NCBI GenBank assembly: GCA_963678315.1
Contig: OY782781.1
Span: 1,440,001 to 1,504,000 of the forward strand
Length of the DNA stretch: 64,000 nt
From: Candidatus Cloacimonadales bacterium
GTDB taxonomy: Bacteria; Cloacimonadota; Cloacimonadia; Cloacimonadales; JAFGVF01
Direction: 5' to 3'
Shown here one piece after another: positions 29,424 to 38,864 of the stretch. Both the position numbers and the translations under genes were made by a program. Under the pieces are notes generated by a model. The model was given only the letters and a program-made list of their open reading frames with translations. It searched no databases and was not told the DNA's origin. How positions within the stretch are numbered: position 1 is the first letter of the stretch; each line of letters begins with the position of its first letter.

Positions 29424-30611
29424 TTAACTTTTATGCCAGTCCATAACCCTAAGAATTGCTATTAAGGCAAGAAGTCCCAATACTGCGTACAGGCTTCCAG
29501 CTGTTCTGAGACTGAATTCTAGTCCTTTGTTATCAACTAAAAAACCAAAGAAAGGTGCTAATGAACTATAAACAAGTCTGACAGTTAAGCTCTTGATGGA
29601 GACAACAGTGGCACGTCTATCAGAATCTACTTCTTTATGTAAATAATAGCCAAGTACAGGTAGATTGACACCTCTAATAAAGAAGCATATTAGAATAAAG
29701 AAGACTCCCAGATAAATGTTAGTAGAGAAGGAAAGTCCCCAATAGCCAATTAATATGAATAGTAGTAATGAAATCATTGATTTCTTTTTGCCAAGCCAAG
29801 AAACATACCTATGTCCAAACCGTGCATATACACCAGAAGCTGTTTGTATAACTGCCCAGACAAGACCAAAATATATAGGGGCTAAATTAATATGTTTGAA
29901 GAAGAATTGACTATACCAGGCTATATTTAGTGTTACAGCTCCCAAAATACAGCTAAAAAGAATTAGCCACTTAACTGTCTTGTTATCTACCAATGAGTAT
30001 TTAACTACCTTCAGTAATGTTCTTATTCGACCTTTATGAGTATCTAGTTTGGCACGTTCTGGTTCTGTCAATAAGAAAGCAACTATTAAACCAATGACTA
30101 GTACGGAAATTCTACCATAGACAGTTAAAACTATAGCATAAGAAGCTAAAAGTCCACCTACTAGACCTGCTGAGGCTTCTGAAAAATTACCATAAGATCT
30201 GTATTTGCCAATAAGCTCTTTAAACTTATTTCCTTTGTTCATGATTTGTAAGGAATCATAAAAAAGAGCTGAATCGCAACCAGATATAAAACTAGCTCCG
30301 ATGCCCATTAATACTTCAGCAATTAGAAAATAGTAAAAGCCAGGAGGTAAGAAAAAGAGATTTCCAATAATGGTTAGGGCTAATCCTGCAATAATAGAAT
30401 TCTTTCTTCCCCATAAATCTGCTAAGTATCCAGAAGGAACTTCAAATAAGACTACAGCAAGAGAATAGCAAGAAGTTAATGTAAAGATCTGCTGACTGTT
30501 TAGATCGTGTTGTTTAAAATATAGGACAGTGACAGGTAACATCAGGACAAACCATTTTAAAGTGTAGATTACATTTAATAATGTAATATTGCGCTTCATT
30601 TTATCGTACAT
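29424..30611 (-). CDS. MFS transporter
   Basis: FEVPSGYLADLWGRK, SGCDSALFYDSL, RRATVVS; about 12 TM segments. Confidence 0.9.
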   Translation of the reverse strand: MYDKMKRNITLLNVIYTLKWFVLMLPVTVLYFKQHDLNSQQIFTLTSCYSLAVVLFEVPSGYLADLWGRKNSIIAGLALTIIGNLFFLPPGFYYFLIAEVLMGIGASFISGCDSALFYDSLQIMNKGNKFKELIGKYRSYGNFSEASAGLVGGLLASYAIVLTVYGRISVLVIGLIVAFLLTEPERAKLDTHKGRIRTLLKVVKYSLVDNKTVKWLILFSCILGAVTLNIAWYSQFFFKHINLAPIYFGLVWAVIQTASGVYARFGHRYVSWLGKKKSMISLLLFILIGYWGLSFSTNIYLGVFFILICFFIRGVNLPVLGYYLHKEVDSDRRATVVSIKSLTVRLVYSSLAPFFGFLVDNKGLEFSLRTAGSLYAVLGLLALIAILRVMDWHKS

Positions 30612-30696
30612 ATTGGCCTTTATAGTCGTTTTAGTTTTTTATGAACAAAAATTAAAAACTAGCAAATCTTTGTCAAATAGTCCTGTAATAAAATAG

Positions 30697-30723
30697 AAAA
30701 GAGCCTTGTTTAACAAGACTCTT
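30697..30723 (-). terminator. Terminator after GH16 gene
   Basis: aagagccttgtt/aacaagactctt inverted repeat with an A run on the left. Confidence 0.65.
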
Positions 30724-30742
30724 CAATGTAAAAATCTAAAGA

Positions 30743-32551
30743 TTAGTCTAAAATAAGCAATTTCTTAGTAGATGTATGATCCTGTGTTTTAATTTTGTAG
30801 AAGTAAACACCGCTAGAAACTGGACTATTATTTAAGTTCTTCCCATCCCATGTTACAGAATGTTGACCTTTTTGCTGATGAGAATTGATAAGTGTTCTTA
30901 CTTTCTGACCTTTAATATTGAATATATCTAATTTAACATCAGATGCTATTGGTAATGAATACCTTATAGTCGTTCCATTCCTTTTAGCTCTATTCCTGAT
31001 GAATGGATTAGGGAAGTTTTGTTCAAGAGTTAAAGGTCTACTTATTATGTTGTTTTGTGTGTTTTCTACAAGCCCACTATCCCAATATATATCATCAATA
31101 GCAAACTCACACTGTTGACCACTTTCTTCAAGTATCACGAACTCATAAGATAACATTCTTAAATCTATATATTCTCCTCTAAGTTCTTCTACTGGGATAA
31201 TTGCTTGTTCCCAATCTCCTGTTCTTTGAAGTCCATAAATAGGTTGGTTAGCAGGTAGAGTAACATAATTTTGGTTACCCCAAGCATCAATAATGCCGAT
31301 TTTAAAAGTAATATGAGCAGGTATCTTTATCATGAATTTTAAATGACCATTGCCAAAATCAAAGAGGTTTACTGGCTGTAAGGACATTATCCCAGCTCCA
31401 AACCAACCAATTCCATTGCTTGACCATGATATGCCATTCTCACCTTCATAAGCATCTATAGAACCTTCAGATAAAGTTCCTTCCCAAACATATATTTCAG
31501 CATCTTGACCGCAAACAAGACTGTTGTTAGTAGGTGTTGTATCAGTGAAAAGTCCAAATATACCAGCTTGGTTAGTTGGCGGACCTACATGTACTTGGCC
31601 CTGACCATTCCATTGGCTAATCTTGATATAATCAATATACATTTCTGCAGGCAAAGGTATTGAAACAGGTGCACCTGTGCCTGGATCTCCTAAGTTATAA
31701 GCGTCTGTTAAAGCTCCTCCAATTGCTAAATTAGCTATTAGATAGAAAGGTTCTTGGAATTCAGCTGATAGGCTATCTATTGCAAATGTTTCTTCATATA
31801 AATCATATTCAACTTCATTATCTATTACTGTAAAGCGTAGACTGCTCTCATCCCAATATGTTCTATAAATTAAGTATCTATCAGTGATTGGGGGATCATA
31901 ACTGTAATAAGGTCTACAGTTTTCATCTTGTGGATCCCAAGAAAGACTAGCAGCTCCAGAAGGGTTATCAGGATTAATAGTTTCTTCTGAGTAGAAGATA
32001 GCATTTGCTGACACCATTTGGTTAACTGTTGAATTATCACTATTGTTGCCGTTATTATGAGAGTCATGCAAGTTTCTGAAAGCTTGATTGTGTCCCATTT
32101 CCATCATATCAATTTCACCACATCTTGGCCATCCAAGATTAGAAGTTCCAAGCATCCAAACTGCTGGCCAACCTCCTAAGTCTAGATCTGGAATTTTAAC
32201 TCTTGTTTCAATTAACCCATATTTGACAGAAAGCTTAGATTTTGTTGTAATCTTTCCAGATGTATAGCTCAATGGGTTACCCCATTGGTCAGTTATTCCA
32301 GCACCACTTTCATTTCTCGCAGTGATTTTAAGTGCGTTATTGCCAGGCTGTCCAAGGATTTCAACAATATCTACATTGTCTTCTTGATAGTATTCAAGTT
32401 CACCATTACCCCAGCCCCAAGATCCATTACCTATATCGTACATCCAGTTATCTAAATTATCAAAGTTCTCTTCCCAGATGATATTTCCAACTTGAGCATA
32501 TATGAGGAATGATAACAACACAAACATTGAAGAAAGTAACAATTTTTTCAT
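30743..32551 (-). CDS. Secreted GH16 beta-glucanase with CBM-like domain and FlgD-Ig/T9SS-type C-terminal domain
   Basis: GWGNGELEYY, YTSGK, WPAVWMLG, catalytic GEIDMME, NLAIGG; LEQNFPNPF...IFNIKGQKVRTL...WDGKN...SSGVYFY. Confidence 0.9.
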   Translation of the reverse strand: MKKLLLSSMFVLLSFLIYAQVGNIIWEENFDNLDNWMYDIGNGSWGWGNGELEYYQEDNVDIVEILGQPGNNALKITARNESGAGITDQWGNPLSYTSGKITTKSKLSVKYGLIETRVKIPDLDLGGWPAVWMLGTSNLGWPRCGEIDMMEMGHNQAFRNLHDSHNNGNNSDNSTVNQMVSANAIFYSEETINPDNPSGAASLSWDPQDENCRPYYSYDPPITDRYLIYRTYWDESSLRFTVIDNEVEYDLYEETFAIDSLSAEFQEPFYLIANLAIGGALTDAYNLGDPGTGAPVSIPLPAEMYIDYIKISQWNGQGQVHVGPPTNQAGIFGLFTDTTPTNNSLVCGQDAEIYVWEGTLSEGSIDAYEGENGISWSSNGIGWFGAGIMSLQPVNLFDFGNGHLKFMIKIPAHITFKIGIIDAWGNQNYVTLPANQPIYGLQRTGDWEQAIIPVEELRGEYIDLRMLSYEFVILEESGQQCEFAIDDIYWDSGLVENTQNNIISRPLTLEQNFPNPFIRNRAKRNGTTIRYSLPIASDVKLDIFNIKGQKVRTLINSHQQKGQHSVTWDGKNLNNSPVSSGVYFYKIKTQDHTSTKKLLILD

Positions 32552-33180
32552 TTTTATCCCTTTGGCTAAAGTAAACTCTACTCAGTGAATTATCACATTA
32601 TCTCCAGTAGAATTATACAGTTTAATTCAATGTAAATAAGAATTGGAGAAGAAACTCTTATTTATTTTGAGCACATTTATATATAATGTTAATCAATAAA
32701 CGCTATATAGCATTGAAACTTATTTTTATAAAACTAGTCAAGATATAATTTACCTTTTTGTCTTCAAAGCAAATACAATTTAAAAAAGTATATTAAGGAT
32801 TATATTCTTTCTATAGAGAAGCTAGTATAGATTTTGTTTCAGTAAATTAAGTTGATTTATTGCAACATTTAATAAATTCTTACTAATCTATCATGAGGTT
32901 TTACATAATTTTATATTATTTTTTGCACTGAAGTAAGGAATCATCAGAATGGCAATTATGTTTTTTAAAGGATTATTGCTTTTACAGGTATAGGAATAAT
33001 AGGGTTTGATGATAAATATCATATATTAGTTAAATTATGTATAAAAATTATTTGACATTTTTATAAACTTAACTTACTTTTGCTATATAGCATATATGAT
33101 TAATGCTTTAGTTATTTTAATTTAAGAGTCTCAGATGACTATTAGTGTATGTATAAAAAAAGGAAACATTAGGAGGAATA

Positions 33181-36100
33181 ATGATCCCAAAAGCTAAGAT
33201 GCTTATTTTTTTCTGTATAATTATGCTAGTAAGCAGTTCACTGCTTGCTCAGAATGCAACGAATGCTAATTTACCAAATTCTATTAATCAGCAAGACAAT
33301 AATTTAAATATTACAAGGCGAATCAATAGAAACGAACCTTCTGCACCAGCAGAGTTACCAACTCAGAATAGTAGTAACGTTTTATCAATCTATAGTGATT
33401 CTTATGATCCAATAACTGGCGTCAATCTAGATGCTAACTGGGGTGAATCAACAGTTCAATCTTTCCCTTTAATAGATGGCAATGAAGTCATGAAAATGGA
33501 ATCATTCAATTACCAAGGAATAGCTCATTCAAATTTAAACGCTAGCCAAATGGAGTATCTTCATATTGATGTATGGACTGAAGATGCTGTTTCTTTCCAG
33601 GTTACTCCTATTAGTCCTGGTTTCGAATCATTATATGAACTTTCTCCAACTTTAGGAGAATGGAATTCTTATGATATTCCGCTTACTGAGTTTCCATGTG
33701 ACTTTTCAAACCTTATTCAGTTTAAATTTGATGGTACAAATGGAACAACAATTTATGTAGATAATCTCTTTTATTGGAAGCCTGCAACTGCTATTCAAGC
33801 AGATGCTACTTTAAGTGATTTGCAGGTCAATGATGTTACAATTGAAGGTTTTTCTCCTTCAATCTACACTTACGATGTTGCCTTACCAGCTGGTTCAAGT
33901 GGCAGACCTCGTGTTACAGCAACAGCAACTAACGAACTAGCTGATTATGTGATAACAAATGCTACTTCTATCCCAGGTACAACTACAGTTGTTGTAACTT
34001 CAGAAGATGGAGAAAATGAACTTACCTACAGTATTAATTTCACTATTGATGTTGCTCCTCTTGTTGCAGCTCCAACTCCGACAGAGAATGCAGAAGATGT
34101 TCTCTCTGTTTATAGTGATGCCTTCACTCCAATTTCAGGTGTTGACTTGAATCCTAACTGGGGACAAACAACTTCAATGACATTCCCTATGATTGAAGAA
34201 GATGAAGTTGTTAAAATGGAAAATCTTAATTATCAAGGTATGCAGTACGATAATATCGATGCGTCACTTATGGAATATCTTCATATTGATGTCTGGACTG
34301 CAGATGCTCCTTCTTTCCAAGTTACACCAATTAGTCCAGGGGCAGAACAGTTATATGAACTTTCTCCAACTCTTGGTCAATGGAACAGCTTTGATATTCC
34401 TCTTAGTGAGTTCCCATGTAACTTAGCTAACTTATACCAATTGAAATATGTTGGAACAGCAGGTGCAACTGTCTTTATAGATAATATTTATTATTGGAAG
34501 AACCCTACTTTAACAGGCACTGATGCTACATTAAGTGATTTGCTTGTGGATGGTACTACTATAGAAGGTTTCTCAGCTGGTATTTATGAATACGATATTG
34601 AACTTCCTGTTGGAAGCATAAGCGTTCCAACTGTTACAGCTGTCACTAATGATGAAAATGCATCTCACGTTGTTAATGCAGCAACCGAATTGCCTGGTAC
34701 AACTACGGTTGTTGTTACTTCAGAAAATGCAGAAGTTCAACAAAGCTATACAATCAATTTTACTGTTGCTAATGCAAACACAACCCCTCTAGTAGCTGCT
34801 CCAAGTCCTACTGAAAATGCTGAAGATGTATTGTCTATCTATAGTGGTAGTTATATTGCAGTTGATGGACTCAATTTGAATCCTTTCTGGGGACAAACAA
34901 CAACTCAATCCTTCCCACTTATTGAAGGTGACGAAGTTCTTAAAATGGAAAATTTCAACTATCAGGGTATTGAATATAGCACTCTTGATGCTAGTTTAAT
35001 GGAATATCTTCATATTGATATTTGGACTCCTGATGCAGAATCTGTGACTATAACTCCTATTAGTCCAGGACTAGAGGCATTGTACGAACTCTCTCCAACA
35101 TTAGGTCAATGGAATAGCTATGACATTCCATTAACAGAATTCCCATGTAACTTTGCTCAATTATTCCAATTTAAATTTGAAGGTACTGATGCAACAACAA
35201 TATTTGTAGATAACCTTTATTATTGGAAAAATCCAACTGTAGAAGGTACAGATGCTTCCTTAAGCAACTTATTAATGAATGCCTCAACTATTGATGGATT
35301 TGCTTCAGGTATTTATGAATATGATATTGAGCTTCCTGTTGGTACTAGCGAGGTTCCTACTGTTACAGCAACAACAAGTGACTTAGATGCTAGTCATGTA
35401 GTTGTTCCAGCTACTGAACTTCCAGGAACAACCACAGTTACAGTTACTTCTGCTAATGGACAAGTTGAACAGGATTATGTGATTAACTTCACTGTCGCTA
35501 GTTCAATCACTACTCCTCTTGTTGCTGCTCCAACACCTACAGAAGAATCATCAAATGTTTTATCAATCTATAGTGGTGCATATACTCCTATAGATGGAGT
35601 TAATCTTGATGCTAACTGGGGTGAATCTACTGTTCAAACTTACCCTCTTATTGAAGGTGATGAAGTAATGAAGATGGAAAACTTTACCTTCCAAGGTATG
35701 ACTCATGATGCTTTAGATGCTAGCCAAATGCAATTTATCCATGTTGATGTTTGGACTCATGATGCACCTTCATTCCAGCTTACACCTATAAGTCCTGGCT
35801 CAGAACAAGTCTATGAACTTTCTCCAACATTAGGAGAATGGAATAGTTTCGATATAGCTCTTACTAATTTCCCTTGTGATTTCTCTAACTTGATACAATT
35901 TAAGTTTGACGGTACTGATGGATCTACTGTATATATAGATAACTTATATTATTGGAAAGCTCCTTATGATCCACAAAATGATGCGACATTAAGTAATCTT
36001 CAAGTCAATGGAACCAGCGTAGATGGCTTTGATTCTGCTACTTTGGAATACTCAGTAGAATTAGCTGAAGGAACAATGACAGTCCCTACAGTAACTGCAA

Positions 36101-36804
36101 CTACAACCATTGCAAATGCTACTTATATTATTACTGATGCTGCACAATTACCAGGAACAACAACAGTTGTCGTTACTTCTGAAAATGAAGCTGTTGAAAA
36201 GACCTATTCTATAGAGTTTACTCTTGCTGGTCCTGTTCCTGCTTCAGAATACTGCCATCAATATACCACACATCTAAATATAGAGGCTGAAACTCCTTCT
36301 GCTATCTATTTAACTATCTCCAATATTGATGAAACATCTATGTATGTTGAGATAGAATCTGCAGATGATGATGCAGTTGATTTGCTTCTTGTAAACAACT
36401 TTAGTGGTGGCGTTTCTTCAGAAGCAGATACTTCTGTTCCTGGAAAGATTAGAAAAACAATCACTTGGATTGAAGCTCCTGAAGACGTAGAAATGCAAAT
36501 TCTATGGAGCAAAGATTCATTTGCTGGTAACTGGATGTTGAATACTTTTACAGTTCCGTTTGCAGCAACTTGCTCTCCAACATTGGATATTCCTCAAGAT
36601 CTTGAAATATCTATCAATGGCAATGATGTTACTATCACTTGGACAGCTGTAGAAGGTGCAGATACTTACAAGGTATATTCAAAATCTGACCCTTATGCAG
36701 AATATGATTTAGATGAAAGTGGAAACCTTGATGGAACAAGCTGGACAACTTCAGCTGTGCCATCTAAGAAATTCTTTAAAGTAGTTGCTGTTAGCAACGA
36801 ATAA
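33181..36804 (+). CDS. Large secreted protein: four repeats of (putative carbohydrate-binding domain + cadherin-like beta-sandwich)
   Basis: Signal peptide; four copies of VLSIYS...NYQG...MEYLHIDVW...DNLYYWK each followed by DATLS.L.V.G...PTVTAT...LPGTTTV; AGGAGG RBS. Confidence 0.85.
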   Translation: MIPKAKMLIFFCIIMLVSSSLLAQNATNANLPNSINQQDNNLNITRRINRNEPSAPAELPTQNSSNVLSIYSDSYDPITGVNLDANWGESTVQSFPLIDGNEVMKMESFNYQGIAHSNLNASQMEYLHIDVWTEDAVSFQVTPISPGFESLYELSPTLGEWNSYDIPLTEFPCDFSNLIQFKFDGTNGTTIYVDNLFYWKPATAIQADATLSDLQVNDVTIEGFSPSIYTYDVALPAGSSGRPRVTATATNELADYVITNATSIPGTTTVVVTSEDGENELTYSINFTIDVAPLVAAPTPTENAEDVLSVYSDAFTPISGVDLNPNWGQTTSMTFPMIEEDEVVKMENLNYQGMQYDNIDASLMEYLHIDVWTADAPSFQVTPISPGAEQLYELSPTLGQWNSFDIPLSEFPCNLANLYQLKYVGTAGATVFIDNIYYWKNPTLTGTDATLSDLLVDGTTIEGFSAGIYEYDIELPVGSISVPTVTAVTNDENASHVVNAATELPGTTTVVVTSENAEVQQSYTINFTVANANTTPLVAAPSPTENAEDVLSIYSGSYIAVDGLNLNPFWGQTTTQSFPLIEGDEVLKMENFNYQGIEYSTLDASLMEYLHIDIWTPDAESVTITPISPGLEALYELSPTLGQWNSYDIPLTEFPCNFAQLFQFKFEGTDATTIFVDNLYYWKNPTVEGTDASLSNLLMNASTIDGFASGIYEYDIELPVGTSEVPTVTATTSDLDASHVVVPATELPGTTTVTVTSANGQVEQDYVINFTVASSITTPLVAAPTPTEESSNVLSIYSGAYTPIDGVNLDANWGESTVQTYPLIEGDEVMKMENFTFQGMTHDALDASQMQFIHVDVWTHDAPSFQLTPISPGSEQVYELSPTLGEWNSFDIALTNFPCDFSNLIQFKFDGTDGSTVYIDNLYYWKAPYDPQNDATLSNLQVNGTSVDGFDSATLEYSVELAEGTMTVPTVTATTTIANATYIITDAAQLPGTTTVVVTSENEAVEKTYSIEFTLAGPVPASEYCHQYTTHLNIEAETPSAIYLTISNIDETSMYVEIESADDDAVDLLLVNNFSGGVSSEADTSVPGKIRKTITWIEAPEDVEMQILWSKDSFAGNWMLNTFTVPFAATCSPTLDIPQDLEISINGNDVTITWTAVEGADTYKVYSKSDPYAEYDLDESGNLDGTSWTTSAVPSKKFFKVVAVSNE

Positions 36805-36842
36805 TATAAATCAATAAAATAACCTTAAAAGGTCACCACAAG

Positions 36843-36876
36843 CAGTGCTCATCATTTTGATGGGCACTGTTTTTTT
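36843..36876 (+). terminator. Intrinsic terminator
   Basis: cagtgctcatca-tt-ttgatgggcactg followed by a T run. Confidence 0.8.
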
Positions 36877-37421
36877 GCCAACAACTCTATCAAGAAATTA
36901 CAAAACAAAACTTCTAGCCTTTTTCTCACATAATAAGAAGTTTTCAAATGTTCTCTACATAATTACCTATCTCCTAGAAAAATCGACCATTAACCCAGTG
37001 TATTATTTGGGTTTAATCAAATGGCTTGTAAGCAAGAAGTATCTCTAAGCAAACTAGCCTCCTGCATTAAATTGGCTTCTTATGCAGGAGGCTAGTAATA
37101 TTAACTTGATTCATTCTTGTTCAAATATAATAATATTCTTTCCAAATAGATTGTATTCGTTCTTGATCTTTGATTTTATGTTAAGTTGAGTCTTTTAGTA
37201 AAATAGGATACAGTGTAGAGTATAATTAAATTATTTTTCACATTACAATATAACATTACAAGTTCTTAATATACAATAGTATAGGATGAGGGGGAGTATG
37301 TGTATTTCTTAAAATATATAGTATAGACTAAAATAATTCTTGACAATTATAGTAATCACTATATATTGTATTTATGTTTGAATGTATTAATCATAAAATA
37401 AAGAAATGATTGGAGGATAGG

Positions 37422-38708
37422 ATGAATACTATGAAAAGTATTAATGTTATTACTTTGTTACTTGTAATATTTGTTAGTGTATCAAATATTTACGCGCAAA
37501 AAGATATGAGAGAAGAAAACTACTTGGTTACTGAAAGAGTAGAGAAATATAAACTTCCAACAACATTTGATATAACAAAAGCCACCCCAAAAAATGGAGC
37601 TATATCAGAAAATATAATGACTTCTACGGAGAGAATCTTAAATAAAGAAAAACCATTCTTAAAGAAAGGTGTTGTTAAACCTATAGGAGAAGATGACTAT
37701 AGCGCATGGCAAATGACTAGTGATGAAGGTGGAAATCCGCAAAGTGCTCCAAATCCATTAACTTATTTTGCTTCTGGTGCAGCTTCAGGTCTTTTAACAC
37801 AAGTAGAAAGATGTTCTCAAATTATGGGAATTGATATTGAAAATGTGAAGGTCGAAACAGAGTTCTATTTTAGATGGAATGATATAATGACAGATGAATG
37901 GTCAGGATATACAGATAAAGTGGTAACTAATATAATTATAGAAAGTGATGAATCAAAAGAAACAATAAATGAGTTAAAAGAGATGGCAATTAATGCTTGG
38001 GCAATAGGGGAAGCTCTTTCAAATAAAACAACAATTGATGCTGCAACAGTAATTAATGGTGATAATTGGGATGGGCAAGAAGCAAGACCTGGTAAAGTTA
38101 AATCTCCTGTTTCAAGAGATAATGGACTAAAAATTACAGATACTACGTCACCACTCAAACTAGAAACAATTAAAGTTAAAGATGATGCTAAAATGAGTAT
38201 GGAAAAACCACCAAAAGTAATGCGCTTCTCTGAAATAGCAATTGCAGAATCAGCAAATGATCCACAAAGACCATATCTACATAGAATTAGAGCTAAATCA
38301 TTAACAGACCACTATGAAACATGGGAGTTGTATACCGATGATAGTAGAGGTTATGAGAAAGGAAATTCTGCTCCAACATCAAGAGATTTATTTACTATTG
38401 GTACTTCTTTTTGTTTAATGAGTCAATTGACTCCTAATCAGATGTATTTCCAAAAGAAGGGTGTGAATATTGAAGATTTCAGAGTTGAACACCAATTTAA
38501 TTATCAACAGGATAATTTCATGACTCCTTCAGTTAATGGACATCTAGATAATGTTATAACCAGAGTAGTGGTTAAAAGTAAAGCTTCTGAAAAAATGATT
38601 CACCAATATGTTAATCAAGCATTACGTTGTTGCTTTGCTGGTGAAGGTATCCAAAATGCAACAGAAATGCAAACATCATTCTATTTGAATGGTAAAATTG
38701 TAAAATAA
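37422..38708 (+). CDS. Secreted tandem OsmC-like domain protein
   Basis: Two related halves: SDEGG..SAPNPLTYF and TDDSRG..SAPTSRDLFTIGTSFCLMSQL...LRCCFAG; signal peptide; GGAGG RBS favours start 37422. Confidence 0.7.
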   Translation: MNTMKSINVITLLLVIFVSVSNIYAQKDMREENYLVTERVEKYKLPTTFDITKATPKNGAISENIMTSTERILNKEKPFLKKGVVKPIGEDDYSAWQMTSDEGGNPQSAPNPLTYFASGAASGLLTQVERCSQIMGIDIENVKVETEFYFRWNDIMTDEWSGYTDKVVTNIIIESDESKETINELKEMAINAWAIGEALSNKTTIDAATVINGDNWDGQEARPGKVKSPVSRDNGLKITDTTSPLKLETIKVKDDAKMSMEKPPKVMRFSEIAIAESANDPQRPYLHRIRAKSLTDHYETWELYTDDSRGYEKGNSAPTSRDLFTIGTSFCLMSQLTPNQMYFQKKGVNIEDFRVEHQFNYQQDNFMTPSVNGHLDNVITRVVVKSKASEKMIHQYVNQALRCCFAGEGIQNATEMQTSFYLNGKIVK

Positions 38709-38740
38709 TAATATGATAAAATCCCAATAATTAATAAACT

Positions 38741-38774
38741 AAAAGAGTCTGACTTAAAGAATCAGACTCTTTTT
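38741..38774. terminator. Bidirectional terminator between convergent genes
   Basis: aaaagagtctga-n-tcagactctttt. Confidence 0.85.
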
Positions 38775-38864
38775 ATGTATATTATCCTTTGCTTGATGAG
38801 TGTATGTTACAAGTATGACTTTATTACTAAAATATTATCTCTACACTGAAGTAAGTAATAATTA

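Noticed and set aside
36845..37048. 67-aa ORF after the large repeat protein
   Set aside because: Starts inside the terminator hairpin and runs across a repeat remnant
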